A stretch of 64,000 nucleotides of DNA from an uncultured Ruminococcus sp. (GTDB taxonomy: Bacteria > Bacillota > Clostridia > Oscillospirales > Acutalibacteraceae): assembly GCA_964629465.1 (NCBI GenBank), contig CAZVRE010000006.1, positions 5,615-69,614 of the forward strand. The letters are read 5' to 3'. Below are positions 28,639 through 37,909 of this stretch, piece after piece. Each line of letters opens with the position of its first letter. Position 1 is the first letter of the stretch. The position numbers and the translations under genes were made by a program. The notes below the pieces were generated by a model. The model saw only the letters and a list, made by a program, of their open reading frames with translations. It did not search any database and had not been told where the DNA came from.

Positions 28639-29565
28639 ATGATGAATATTTACAGAACTGAGAACGGTTCTTTAAGCGAAGTTAAAGAATTGCAGCCTGG
28701 TGTATGGGTCAAACTTACAAAGCCTGACGCCGAAGAGAACCAGTTGATTGTTGACCACTATGGCATTGATTACGGTGATGTAGTTGCTGCTCTGGACGAT
28801 GAAGAAAGTTCTCGTATTGAAGTTGAGGATAATTACACCCTTATCCTTGTGGATATTCCTATTGCCGAATTTCGTAACGGTGAATCTTATTACACCACAA
28901 TCCCTATGGGTATTATTCTTACTGAGGACGCAGTAATTACTGTTTGCCGTGAAGAAGCAGAGATTTTTGAGCACAACTTGCGTTACAAAATGCGTAACTT
29001 CAGCACTCGCAAGAAAATGCGCTTTGTGTATCACATACTATTCAGTATTACAAGACTTTATCTTTACGACCTTCGTGCTATTGATAAGCAAAGAACTGAG
29101 ATTGAAGCCCGTTCCGGCCAAGGCACAAAAGAAGCCGATATTATTTCTTTGCACGAACTGGAAACTTCTCTTGTATATTTTGAAACTTCTCTTAGATCCA
29201 ACAACATGGTAATCTCTCGTTTACGTCGTCTTAACGAATTTCCTGAAGATGAGGAACTTATTGAGGATACTATCATCGAGAATAATCAGGCTATTGAAAT
29301 GACCAACATTTACCGTAATATCATCGACTCTACTCGAGAACTTATTTCTGCGGTAATGGACAGCCGTCTGAATAACGTAATGAAGTGGCTCACTTCAATT
29401 ACACTTGTAATGGCTATTCCAACTGTTATTTCAGGTTTTTATGGTATGAATTTGCCTTGGTTGCCATTTGGTAATTCCACTTCCTCGTTCTTTATTGTTT
29501 GCCTGATTACAATTGTGCTTTGTGCAATAGTTTTGTTAATTCTAAGGAAAAAGAAAATGTTATAA
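28639..29565 (+). CDS. corA: CorA family divalent cation transporter
   Basis: C-terminal two TM helices with the YGMN signature (FYGMNLPW). I place the start at ATG 28639, after the GGGGTGG RBS. The track begins at GTG 28630. Confidence 0.85.
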   Translation: MMNIYRTENGSLSEVKELQPGVWVKLTKPDAEENQLIVDHYGIDYGDVVAALDDEESSRIEVEDNYTLILVDIPIAEFRNGESYYTTIPMGIILTEDAVITVCREEAEIFEHNLRYKMRNFSTRKKMRFVYHILFSITRLYLYDLRAIDKQRTEIEARSGQGTKEADIISLHELETSLVYFETSLRSNNMVISRLRRLNEFPEDEELIEDTIIENNQAIEMTNIYRNIIDSTRELISAVMDSRLNNVMKWLTSITLVMAIPTVISGFYGMNLPWLPFGNSTSSFFIVCLITIVLCAIVLLILRKKKML

Positions 29566-29570
29566 AATTA

Positions 29571-29606
29571 GTGGGGATATGTCACAAAACATATTCCCAC
29601 TTTTTG
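29571..29606 (+). terminator. Intrinsic terminator after corA
   Basis: 11-bp stem GTGGGGATATG/CATATTCCCAC followed by TTTTT. Confidence 0.65.
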
Positions 29607-29735
29607 TTTATAACGACAAAAATAGTACCTAATTATTGTATTCATATTTACGTCATAGTAAAATAATTTTAGGGAACAATCTCCCTCTATTCCTTGCCAA
29701 AAACGTAATACCCTTTATCAAAGGAGGCTTACATT

Positions 29736-30716
29736 ATGAAAAATTTAAAAAAATCATTATCTATTATATTAACTGCACTTTTACTCATTTCTACAAGTGC
29801 TGTAGGGTTAAGTGCAAGTGCAAAATCAGTTAACCCTCTTAAAGCAACCACTGTAAAAATCAATGTTAAAACAAGCAAAAAAATAACTCTGTATAATCCT
29901 TACAAAAAAGAATACAAACTCAAAATTGCTGATGAAAGTATTGCCAAACTTCAATTTGGATATCTTGCAGACGGTACAAACAGAACATACAACTTTAAGG
30001 GCTTAAAAAAAGGCACCACAACTGTAAAAGTAAAATATAAAGGCAAGGTAATTGATACATTCAAGATCAGTGTTGGCAATTATGATACAACTATAAAAGA
30101 TAAGTTCAAAAACACTACCTTCAAATACAATAGTCACGGTAGCAACGCTTATATGTCGAAGTCTAATGTGTCTATAAACAAACTTTTGGCAGACAAAAAG
30201 CACAAATCTGTAGCAAAATATACTGCTGAATCTGCTGACACTTCTATTGTTGACACAACTAAAGATGGTTTGATTTATGCAACAGGCACAGGCAAAACTA
30301 AGGTAACTATCTATGAGCATATGAATTCCAAAAAAACAAAAGTCGGCACAATAAAAGTAAAAGTTGTAGATGCCAAGATGAACTATGTTGCCAGAGAAAA
30401 CGCCAACTACTATGATGAAGGAATCTTTGGTCAGGGCGAGAATTGCGAGTATCTGTATGTAGGCGAAACTTTTGACGTTGAAGCAAGAATTTTAAAAACC
30501 CTCATAAACAATGAAATTACAGGCTCAAAGTTCAAAAAATCTCAGTACACAATTACTTATTCCATAGACAAAGAAGGAGCAGAAAACATAACTGTTACCA
30601 AAGACGGTGTGGCTACTGCTCTCAAATTCGGCTCAGGCAAAATCGACTATGTAATCACATTCATTGACGGTTCCAAATACAAAAATACTTGTAACATTTG
30701 GGTAGAGGAAGAATAA
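29736..30716 (+). CDS. Secreted protein with repeated Ig-like (Big_2-like) modules
   Basis: Signal peptide MKNLKKSLSIILTALLLISTSAVGLSASA. Repeated G-T-T-x-V-K-V and GTGKTKVTI strands. Function unknown. Confidence 0.6.
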   Translation: MKNLKKSLSIILTALLLISTSAVGLSASAKSVNPLKATTVKINVKTSKKITLYNPYKKEYKLKIADESIAKLQFGYLADGTNRTYNFKGLKKGTTTVKVKYKGKVIDTFKISVGNYDTTIKDKFKNTTFKYNSHGSNAYMSKSNVSINKLLADKKHKSVAKYTAESADTSIVDTTKDGLIYATGTGKTKVTIYEHMNSKKTKVGTIKVKVVDAKMNYVARENANYYDEGIFGQGENCEYLYVGETFDVEARILKTLINNEITGSKFKKSQYTITYSIDKEGAENITVTKDGVATALKFGSGKIDYVITFIDGSKYKNTCNIWVEEE

Positions 30717-30814
30717 TAATTCATTACTTGTCACAATCAACTTCAATAAAGCAAAAAATTAAATATAATTTAAATATAATATATTAACACATTAAACAAG
30801 AAAGGATTAATATT

Positions 30815-32680
30815 ATGAAGAAGAAAATCACTAAAATCACAAGCATTATTTTAACTGTTTTTATATTGTTATTTACTATTGCACCTACTTATTATGCAAC
30901 AGAAAATAAAACAAATTACGAAAAAATGGAACCTGCATTGATAAAGAAACTTGAAACCACAGCAGATATAAATGAAAAATTAGTCGTTTCTGTGTGGTTA
31001 GAAGATAATACTAGCACAGAAATCTCTAATAATTTTGAAGACTCTGTTAACAAGTTAATTAACAATGGTACTTTACCTCTTATGAGTAGTAAAGGCAAAG
31101 AAAGTTTAAATCGAGATAGCCAACAACTATTATTAACTACTAAAAGAAAAGAATCTAAAAAAGTGTATAAAGAAGTTAATAATAACTATACAGAAAACAT
31201 CTCTCAAAAATTGAATATTGACGAATCTGATATTCTATATATAAGTACATATTCCCCCAATATAGAAATCAATTTATCCATTAGCAAAATAAAGAAACTT
31301 TCTACTTATGATAATGTTAAGTATATTTACTTATGTAATTCAAATAACCAAACAGTAACTCAAGATACAGAATTATCAATTGATGAAAATCAAATTGATA
31401 TTACATCAGAAACAGACACAACAAATTATGTACAGGACATAAATGAATTAATGGATGCTATAGGCACTAAATATTTAAAAGAACAAAACGGTCTAACGGG
31501 AGAATTTATAAAAATTGGAATGATAGAATCCAAATTACCACAAAAAAACAGTTCCCTATTATCTCATTTAGGGAATGACATTACTTATGACCCTAATATT
31601 AAACAAGCATATTATGGTGCTCATCCTCAAAAAGTTGCAAGTATAATGGTAGGTAAATATATAAAGAACAATGTTCTACAATACGAAGCAGCCGCTTCAA
31701 ACGCTTCTCTTTATTGTACCACAGTAGAAAATGTAAACGAACAAATAGTTTGGAAAGAGAGAATTGAATGGCTGTTAGATAGTGGCGTCAATATTATTAA
31801 CATTAGTGACACAATAGTAAGTGATCAATATACATCATACAATGATATAGCTAAATGGATAGACCATATCGCTACCCAACATTCAATAACTGTAGTAGCT
31901 GCCGTTGGCTATTTTGGCAAGTTATCTCCTTTGGCTTTTTGTAAAAATATTATCACTGTCGGTGGTGTATATACTTCTTTAGAAAACGAGGTATATAATT
32001 ACCATCAATTTTCAGCGTCTGCATATTCCGAAACCGGAACACACTATCCTCTCATAGTTGCTCCTTGCGAAGTTTATGTAGAAGGTATAAATAATGTTAG
32101 TAATACTAGTACAGGTAATAGTTTTTCTGCACCTTTAGTAACAAGTATGATTGCGCAATTAATGGAATATGATCCTGCTTTAGCGACCAATCCTTCTTTA
32201 GTTAGATCTCTCGTTATGGCTGGTGCATATGAATTAACTTCAGATGAAATAGCCGAAAATAGCGGAACTTCTATGGATAGAGTTTACGGAGCGGGTATTA
32301 TTAATGCTGTAAGAACATACAGTATGGTAATGGGACATACCAACACTGACCTTTTAATTCCTAATAGAGTGTCAGGTAATATTTATACTTTCTATCTAAC
32401 ACATCATTATGTTCCTGTTAGAGTCGCTTTATGTTGGGAAAGACCTATCTACTTAGATGAAAACCATAACGAATTTAGTAATGACGCAGGAAATTCTTTT
32501 GTAAGTCTAACTGTGACTTCACCTAAAGGTAACAAATATACTGTTTTTGATCAAAACGATACTTTTCAATTACTAACCTTTACTCCAAGTCCGGGAGATT
32601 GGGGTGCATATACAATATCGATATACCGTAATGGACCAAGCAATCACACTACTCCTATTAGTGTAGCTGTTTTATATTAA
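30815..32680 (+). CDS. Secreted subtilase (peptidase S8)-like protein with atypical catalytic motifs
   Basis: Signal peptide present. The Ser motif GNSFSAPLVTS and the His motif HPQKVASIMVG are at subtilisin-like spacing. The Asp-motif position reads IGMIESK (Glu for Asp) and the oxyanion position reads AAVGYFG (Tyr for Asn). A C-terminal beta-rich domain follows. Confidence 0.7.
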   Translation: MKKKITKITSIILTVFILLFTIAPTYYATENKTNYEKMEPALIKKLETTADINEKLVVSVWLEDNTSTEISNNFEDSVNKLINNGTLPLMSSKGKESLNRDSQQLLLTTKRKESKKVYKEVNNNYTENISQKLNIDESDILYISTYSPNIEINLSISKIKKLSTYDNVKYIYLCNSNNQTVTQDTELSIDENQIDITSETDTTNYVQDINELMDAIGTKYLKEQNGLTGEFIKIGMIESKLPQKNSSLLSHLGNDITYDPNIKQAYYGAHPQKVASIMVGKYIKNNVLQYEAAASNASLYCTTVENVNEQIVWKERIEWLLDSGVNIINISDTIVSDQYTSYNDIAKWIDHIATQHSITVVAAVGYFGKLSPLAFCKNIITVGGVYTSLENEVYNYHQFSASAYSETGTHYPLIVAPCEVYVEGINNVSNTSTGNSFSAPLVTSMIAQLMEYDPALATNPSLVRSLVMAGAYELTSDEIAENSGTSMDRVYGAGIINAVRTYSMVMGHTNTDLLIPNRVSGNIYTFYLTHHYVPVRVALCWERPIYLDENHNEFSNDAGNSFVSLTVTSPKGNKYTVFDQNDTFQLLTFTPSPGDWGAYTISIYRNGPSNHTTPISVAVLY

Positions 32681-32697
32681 AATAAGGAGAAATTATT

Positions 32698-33897
32698 ATG
32701 AAAAATTTAACCAAAAAACTATTTAGTATTATTTTAGCAGTTATTCTCCTATGTTCACTTGCAATGCCTTGCGTTTCTGCTTTAGATACTACAAAGCAAC
32801 CTTCTAATGTAAAAGACGTAGTAAAAGACTGTGAAACTATTACCGTTTATTTCTATTTTCCGGAAAGTTGGCAGACAGTAAAAAACTATAACTACGATGC
32901 CGAGGTAGGCTTGACCTCTTGTGCTCCTACTGTATATTGGTGGGAAGGTTCTTACAACTGTGAAGATTATTATTTTGATAGTGATATTCCCTCAAACTAT
33001 GGTTATACTGTAACCGAAAAAGTTACTCCTAATATTTACAAGATGGATATCCCTGCTGATGTTAATAGTATATCATTTGCTAACGGCTATCACGGGGAGC
33101 CTCCTCTGTATAGCGATTATTATTGGAGTTTTGAAATTGACTTAAACACTCTCATCGATGATGTTTATTTTGACTATAGATTCTATGAAAACATAAATCA
33201 AAGTGTTGACGGTATGATATATGTAATAGATAAATTTATGTACACCACAGATTTATCCTTTGGTTATTCAGGTTGCTGGTTCTATTATTACGGCAACGGT
33301 CAGTACGGTTATATACCAGAGTTAGAAAACTGCTACGATATTTACTCAAATGGCGAGTTTCCAACATTTAAAGAAAGAGAAACTGTAGAAAATGTTAGAC
33401 TCGCTAAAAATCAGTACACTTACAATGGCAAAAAGAAAACTCCAAAAGTTATTGCAACTGACAAAAACGGAGTAAAACTTACCGAAGGAACTGACTTTAC
33501 CGTTGCTTATCCAAAGGGTAGCAAAAAGGTTGGAAACTACACCGCAACAGTTACCTTCAAAGGCAAATACAAAGGAGAGACTACTCTTGACTATAAAATT
33601 TTGCCAAGCAAAGTGAAAGTTAAAGATATTGTTATTGACAAAAAGACCCTTACTGTAAAGTGGAAAGCACAAAACAAACAACTTACAGGCTACAAAATTC
33701 AGTATTCAACATCTCCGGATTTCAAAAACTGCACTAAAATCAACGTAAAAAACGCAAAAGCCACTCAAAAGAAAATCAAAAATATTAAACCAAAGAAAAC
33801 TCATTACATAAGAATTCGCTCGTACAAAATTGTAAACGGAAAAAAACTCTACTCTGACTGGACAACTCGGTCTGCAGGAATCGGCTACCTCTTGTAA
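32698..33897 (+). CDS. Secreted protein: aromatic-rich N-terminal domain plus Ig-like and FN3-like C-terminal modules
   Basis: Signal peptide present. The segment YTYNGKKKTPKV...GNYTATVTFKGKYKGETTLDYKILP is a typical clostridial Ig-like repeat. It is followed by GYKIQYSTSPDF...YIRIRSYK...YSDWT, which looks FN3-like. Confidence 0.6.
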   Translation: MKNLTKKLFSIILAVILLCSLAMPCVSALDTTKQPSNVKDVVKDCETITVYFYFPESWQTVKNYNYDAEVGLTSCAPTVYWWEGSYNCEDYYFDSDIPSNYGYTVTEKVTPNIYKMDIPADVNSISFANGYHGEPPLYSDYYWSFEIDLNTLIDDVYFDYRFYENINQSVDGMIYVIDKFMYTTDLSFGYSGCWFYYYGNGQYGYIPELENCYDIYSNGEFPTFKERETVENVRLAKNQYTYNGKKKTPKVIATDKNGVKLTEGTDFTVAYPKGSKKVGNYTATVTFKGKYKGETTLDYKILPSKVKVKDIVIDKKTLTVKWKAQNKQLTGYKIQYSTSPDFKNCTKINVKNAKATQKKIKNIKPKKTHYIRIRSYKIVNGKKLYSDWTTRSAGIGYLL

Positions 33898-34031
33898 TTC
33901 CCTTGCCCCTCGTGATTAACTTAACAAAATAAAAGTTAAAAAAGTATTACAGTTTTAATTTTTTGTTGATTTTCTCCAATAAAAGTATATAATATTGATG
34001 AACAAATCTTTTTAGTGAAATGAGGGGCACT

Positions 34032-34400
34032 ATGGATATTTGTCAGACTTATAAAGTTTTTCTGCAACGTAACGGAAAACTACTGATGTTTGAAGAAAAT
34101 GGACTGTATGACGGAGATTCACGTAATGTTGAGCGCTATATTAACAAGGGCTTAGTAAGATATATTTGTATCAGGAAAACTCCAGATGCTGTTGAACAAA
34201 CTCTTTATTACTTTGCAAACACATTTGACCAATATATTACCCAGTATGGCGAATGGGTGCATATTGAAGACAGTTTTAATATGCCTGCTAATGACTTGGT
34301 AAAGTTTATATTAAGAGATTATTACAGTAACGGTCAATACACCTCTGACGTTAAGATTATTACTGAACAAAACGGTGAATTTCAAACTACAACATTATAA
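34032..34400 (+). CDS. Hypothetical cytoplasmic protein (122 aa)
   Basis: ATG 34032 follows a GAGGGG RBS. An own promoter-like element is present: TTGATT, 16-nt spacer, TATAAT. No family was recognised. Confidence 0.5.
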   Translation: MDICQTYKVFLQRNGKLLMFEENGLYDGDSRNVERYINKGLVRYICIRKTPDAVEQTLYYFANTFDQYITQYGEWVHIEDSFNMPANDLVKFILRDYYSNGQYTSDVKIITEQNGEFQTTTL

Positions 34401-34438
34401 AAATAAGGTCACTTCTTTTGAAGTGACCTTTTCTTTTG
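34401..34438. terminator. Bidirectional intrinsic terminator
   Basis: 11-bp stem AAGGTCACTTC/GAAGTGACCTT with a TTTT loop, flanked by A/T runs, between convergent genes. Confidence 0.7.
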
Positions 34439-34966
34439 CTAAAACATAAGTGCCATAGCGTACTTTGTGCTTAATTCAAGCAACTTTTCTTTGGAATATT
34501 CTTTTTTATTTAATATATGATAAGAACCGTAAACCATATAAGATACCATAATATCTGTTTCCTCGCTGTAACGCCACTGGGGAACTTGATTTTTTACATA
34601 TTCAATTACGCTTTTTTCAAGCAAAACTAAAAACTTGTCTTTTCCCTCTTGAGAGAACAAAACCTCAATATTGTCGTTGTATTTTATTACTGCAAGGTTG
34701 ATGGCAGTAATAAAATTAGCGTAACTCTCTCGTGTTCCTGTAAGGTTACACTTACGTATATCGGTCATAATCTCCTCAATTAAGTCTTTCTCCAGTTTGT
34801 CAGCAAGGTCGTAAATATCTTTAAAATGCAAATAGAATGTCGCCTTGTTGATCATTGCCTTTTCACTTAATTCTTTGACGCTGATTTTGTCAATAGTCTT
34901 GCGCTTTTTGATGGTAAAAAATGCTTGTTTAATATTTGTGAGCGTTCTTTTAACTCTTAAATCCAT
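34439..34966 (-). CDS. TetR/AcrR family transcriptional regulator
   Basis: 175 aa. HTH signature ISVKELSEKAMINKATFYLHFKDIYDL. Confidence 0.85.
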   Translation of the reverse strand: MDLRVKRTLTNIKQAFFTIKKRKTIDKISVKELSEKAMINKATFYLHFKDIYDLADKLEKDLIEEIMTDIRKCNLTGTRESYANFITAINLAVIKYNDNIEVLFSQEGKDKFLVLLEKSVIEYVKNQVPQWRYSEETDIMVSYMVYGSYHILNKKEYSKEKLLELSTKYAMALMF

Positions 34967-35105
34967 ATTAGCACCTCATTTAATAGACAAATTTAACACT
35001 ATAGTAGCATAAACAACTAATTTTTGCAAGTGACTATAGAAAATTATACTAAAATAATATATAATTTATTTGTTAATATAGTAAAATGCACAAATTGTAC
35101 TAATA

Positions 35106-35134
35106 TTGCTTAAACACTAATGTAATGTTATAAT
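35106..35134 (+). promoter_or_regulatory. Candidate glgB promoter
   Basis: TTGCTT, 17-nt spacer, TATAAT, with TG upstream of the -10. Confidence 0.5.
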
Positions 35135-35186
35135 ATTTAGGGTATTTTACAGTTCAAATTATATATATTGAAAAGAGGTCTTGCTA

Positions 35187-37568
35187 ATGGAAATCAATAT
35201 GGAAATCAACCAAGATTTGCGTAATTTATTTAACCAAGATTGGTTAACCCAGGTTGCATATGGTTACAACAATATGCCTCGTGGAATTTTGGGTCCTCAC
35301 TTTGTTAACGAGGGTCTAAGAATTGCAGTTTATTTACCTCAATGCAACTCTGTTGATATTGTAAACAAACACACAGGAGAGGCTTACAAGGCAGAATTAG
35401 TACACGAGAACGGCATTTGGGCTGTACTAATAAAAACTGACAGACAGTTCGATTACTATTATCGTGCATGGGACGAAGAAGGCAATTACTACGAAAGTGA
35501 AGATAGTAACTACTTCCCTGTTCAGACCTCTGAGTTAGACGGTTATCTCTTTGGTATGGGTACACACTATGAATTGTATGAAAAGTTGGGCGCACACAAA
35601 AAGACTATCAACGGTATTGACGGTGTTCTGTTTGGTGTATGGGCTCCTAACGCACAGCGTGTATCTGTAATTGGTAACTTTAACAACTGGGATCCTGCTA
35701 TCCACGTAATGAGCAAAGTTTCTGAAGTAGGTATTTTTGAAATCTTTGTTCCTCGTATCGGCGAAAACGAACTATACAAGTTCCAAGTAAAAACTGTTGA
35801 CGGCTTTACTGTTGACAAAACTGACCCATTCGGCAATACTCAGCAGATGCGTCCTGAGACTGCTTCTGTAGTTACTAACATCGACAACTACAACTGGCAG
35901 GATAACGAATGGATAGAAAACCGTAAGGTTTCTGACTACAACAGTCAGCCTATGTCAATTTATGAATGTCACCTTGGCTCTTGGAAGCAAAACGAAGACG
36001 GCAGTTTTAAGACATATAGAGAGTTAGCATATGAACTTGGCGATTATGTTAAGGAAATGGGCTTCACACACATTGAACTTATGGGTATTCTTGAACACCC
36101 ATTCGACGGTAGTTGGGGTTATCAGGTAACAGGTTACTTTGCACCAACTTCTCGTTTTGGTTCCCCTGAGGACTTTATGTTCTTTATTGACCATATGCAC
36201 TCATTGGGCATTGGTATTTTGCTTGACTGGGTACCTGCTCACTTCCCTAAGGACTCTCACGGTTTGGGTAGATTTGACGGCACTTGCCTATATGAACACC
36301 CTGATGCTCGCAGAGGCGAACATCCTGACTGGGGTACATACATCTTCAACTACGAGCGCAATGAAGTTAGAAACTTCCTTATTGCCAGTGGTTTGTTCTG
36401 GCTTAACAAGTTCCACATCGACGGCTTGCGTGTAGATGCTGTTGCCTCTATGCTTTACCTGGACTATGGTAAGAGCGACGGTCAGTGGTTACCTAATATT
36501 TACGGTGGCAGAGAAAACCTTGATGCTGTTGAGTTCTTTAAACATCTTAACTCAATGGTTGAGCAGTATGCACCCGGCACACTTGTAATTGCTGAGGAAA
36601 GTACTGCTTGGGCAGGCGTTACAAAATCTGTTCACGAAGACGGCTTGGGCTTCAATATGAAGTGGAATATGGGTTGGATGAACGACTTTTTGGAATACAT
36701 TTCCAAGGACCCTGTTTATCGTCAGTATGATCACGGTATGCTAACATTCAGTATGATCTATGCTTATACCGAAAAGTTCATTCAGGTTCTTTCTCACGAT
36801 GAAGTTGTTTACGGCAAATGCTCAATGATCAACAAGATGCCTGGTGACGACTGGCAGAAGTTTGCTAACCTTAGAGTTGCTTACGGCTTTATGTATGGTC
36901 ACCCAGGTAAGAAGTTATTGTTTATGGGTCAGGACTTTGCACAGTATGACGAATGGAATGCTAACGTTGGCTTGCAATGGTTCTTGATTGACGATAATCA
37001 GAACAACAAAGATATGCAGAACTACGTTAAGGCATTACAACATTTCTACACAAGCCACAAGGCTATGTATGAACTTGACTTTGACCCTGCTGGCTTTGAA
37101 TGGATGAGTTGTGACGATAATCAGAACTCTGTTGTAAGTTTTGTAAGAAAAACAAAAGACGGTAAAAAATCATTATTATTCATTTGCAACTTTACTCCTG
37201 TTCCTCGTCACGATTACAGAGTAGGCGTTCCTAATATGGGACTTTACAAGGCTGCATTCAACAGTGATGATATGCCATATGGTGGTACAGGTCAGTTCCC
37301 ACAGGTTGACTTACGTGCTACAAAGACCGCTTGGAACTACAAAGACCAGAGCATCTGCGTTACAGTTCCTCCTCTTGGTATGCTTGTATATGAATACAAC
37401 CACAAGATGCCTGTTGACGAAAACGAAGTGGCTATGAAAAAGGCTCTCAAGAAAAAGACACCAAAGAAAACTCCTGTAAAAAAAGCAGAAGTTAAGGTGC
37501 CTGCAAAGAAAGCAACTCCAATGAAAAAAGCCGCTAAAAAAGCAAAACCAGCAGAAACTAAAGAATAA
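35187..37568 (+). CDS. glgB: 1,4-alpha-glucan branching enzyme (GH13) with a lysine-rich C-terminal tail
   Basis: GH13 motifs DWVPAHF, GLRVDAVASMLY, IAEESTAW and LSHDEV. I place the start at ATG 35187 after AGAGGT. The tail KKALKKKTPKKTPVKKAEVKVPAKKATPMKKAAKKAKPAETKE occupies the last ~45 residues. Confidence 0.95.
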   Translation: MEINMEINQDLRNLFNQDWLTQVAYGYNNMPRGILGPHFVNEGLRIAVYLPQCNSVDIVNKHTGEAYKAELVHENGIWAVLIKTDRQFDYYYRAWDEEGNYYESEDSNYFPVQTSELDGYLFGMGTHYELYEKLGAHKKTINGIDGVLFGVWAPNAQRVSVIGNFNNWDPAIHVMSKVSEVGIFEIFVPRIGENELYKFQVKTVDGFTVDKTDPFGNTQQMRPETASVVTNIDNYNWQDNEWIENRKVSDYNSQPMSIYECHLGSWKQNEDGSFKTYRELAYELGDYVKEMGFTHIELMGILEHPFDGSWGYQVTGYFAPTSRFGSPEDFMFFIDHMHSLGIGILLDWVPAHFPKDSHGLGRFDGTCLYEHPDARRGEHPDWGTYIFNYERNEVRNFLIASGLFWLNKFHIDGLRVDAVASMLYLDYGKSDGQWLPNIYGGRENLDAVEFFKHLNSMVEQYAPGTLVIAEESTAWAGVTKSVHEDGLGFNMKWNMGWMNDFLEYISKDPVYRQYDHGMLTFSMIYAYTEKFIQVLSHDEVVYGKCSMINKMPGDDWQKFANLRVAYGFMYGHPGKKLLFMGQDFAQYDEWNANVGLQWFLIDDNQNNKDMQNYVKALQHFYTSHKAMYELDFDPAGFEWMSCDDNQNSVVSFVRKTKDGKKSLLFICNFTPVPRHDYRVGVPNMGLYKAAFNSDDMPYGGTGQFPQVDLRATKTAWNYKDQSICVTVPPLGMLVYEYNHKMPVDENEVAMKKALKKKTPKKTPVKKAEVKVPAKKATPMKKAAKKAKPAETKE

Positions 37569-37577
37569 TATCAAATA

Positions 37578-37608
37578 GGGGCTACCACAAGGTAGCCCCT
37601 TAACTTTT
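37578..37608 (+). terminator. Intrinsic terminator after glgB
   Basis: 9-bp GC-rich stem GGGGCTACC/GGTAGCCCC, ACAA loop, then a T-rich tail. Confidence 0.65.
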
Positions 37609-37640
37609 GTATATATTAAAACTCTGCAACTTATTACACA

Positions 37641-37684
37641 GTTTGTAATATTATAGTCAACATCGAACATTTGTTTGTAATATT
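37641..37684. repeat. 12-nt direct repeat GTTTGTAATATT (two copies, 37641-37652 and 37673-37684) in a non-coding gap
   Basis: Exact repeat read directly from the sequence. Function unknown. Confidence 0.6.
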
Positions 37685-37865
37685 TTGTAACCCTTTTGTC
37701 TTTCTATTATTCATTAAAGAATTAACCCTTACAGTTTTTGTACAACTCAATTACATTATGGTAGAATTGTTGAATTTTCAAAAATTATAATTTACAATAT
37801 AATTGCACACTAAAGAATGTGCTTATACATTACTGCAATAAGTGGTAATTCACACAATTTCATCC

Positions 37866-37905
37866 AGAAAAAGAGCCACAGAATACTGTGGCTCTTTTTC
37901 TTTTT
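37866..37905. terminator. Bidirectional intrinsic terminator (ends metH on the minus strand)
   Basis: Stem AAGAGCCACAG/CTGTGGCTCTT with an AATA loop, flanked by an A-run and a T-run. Confidence 0.7.
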
Positions 37906-37909
37906 ATAT

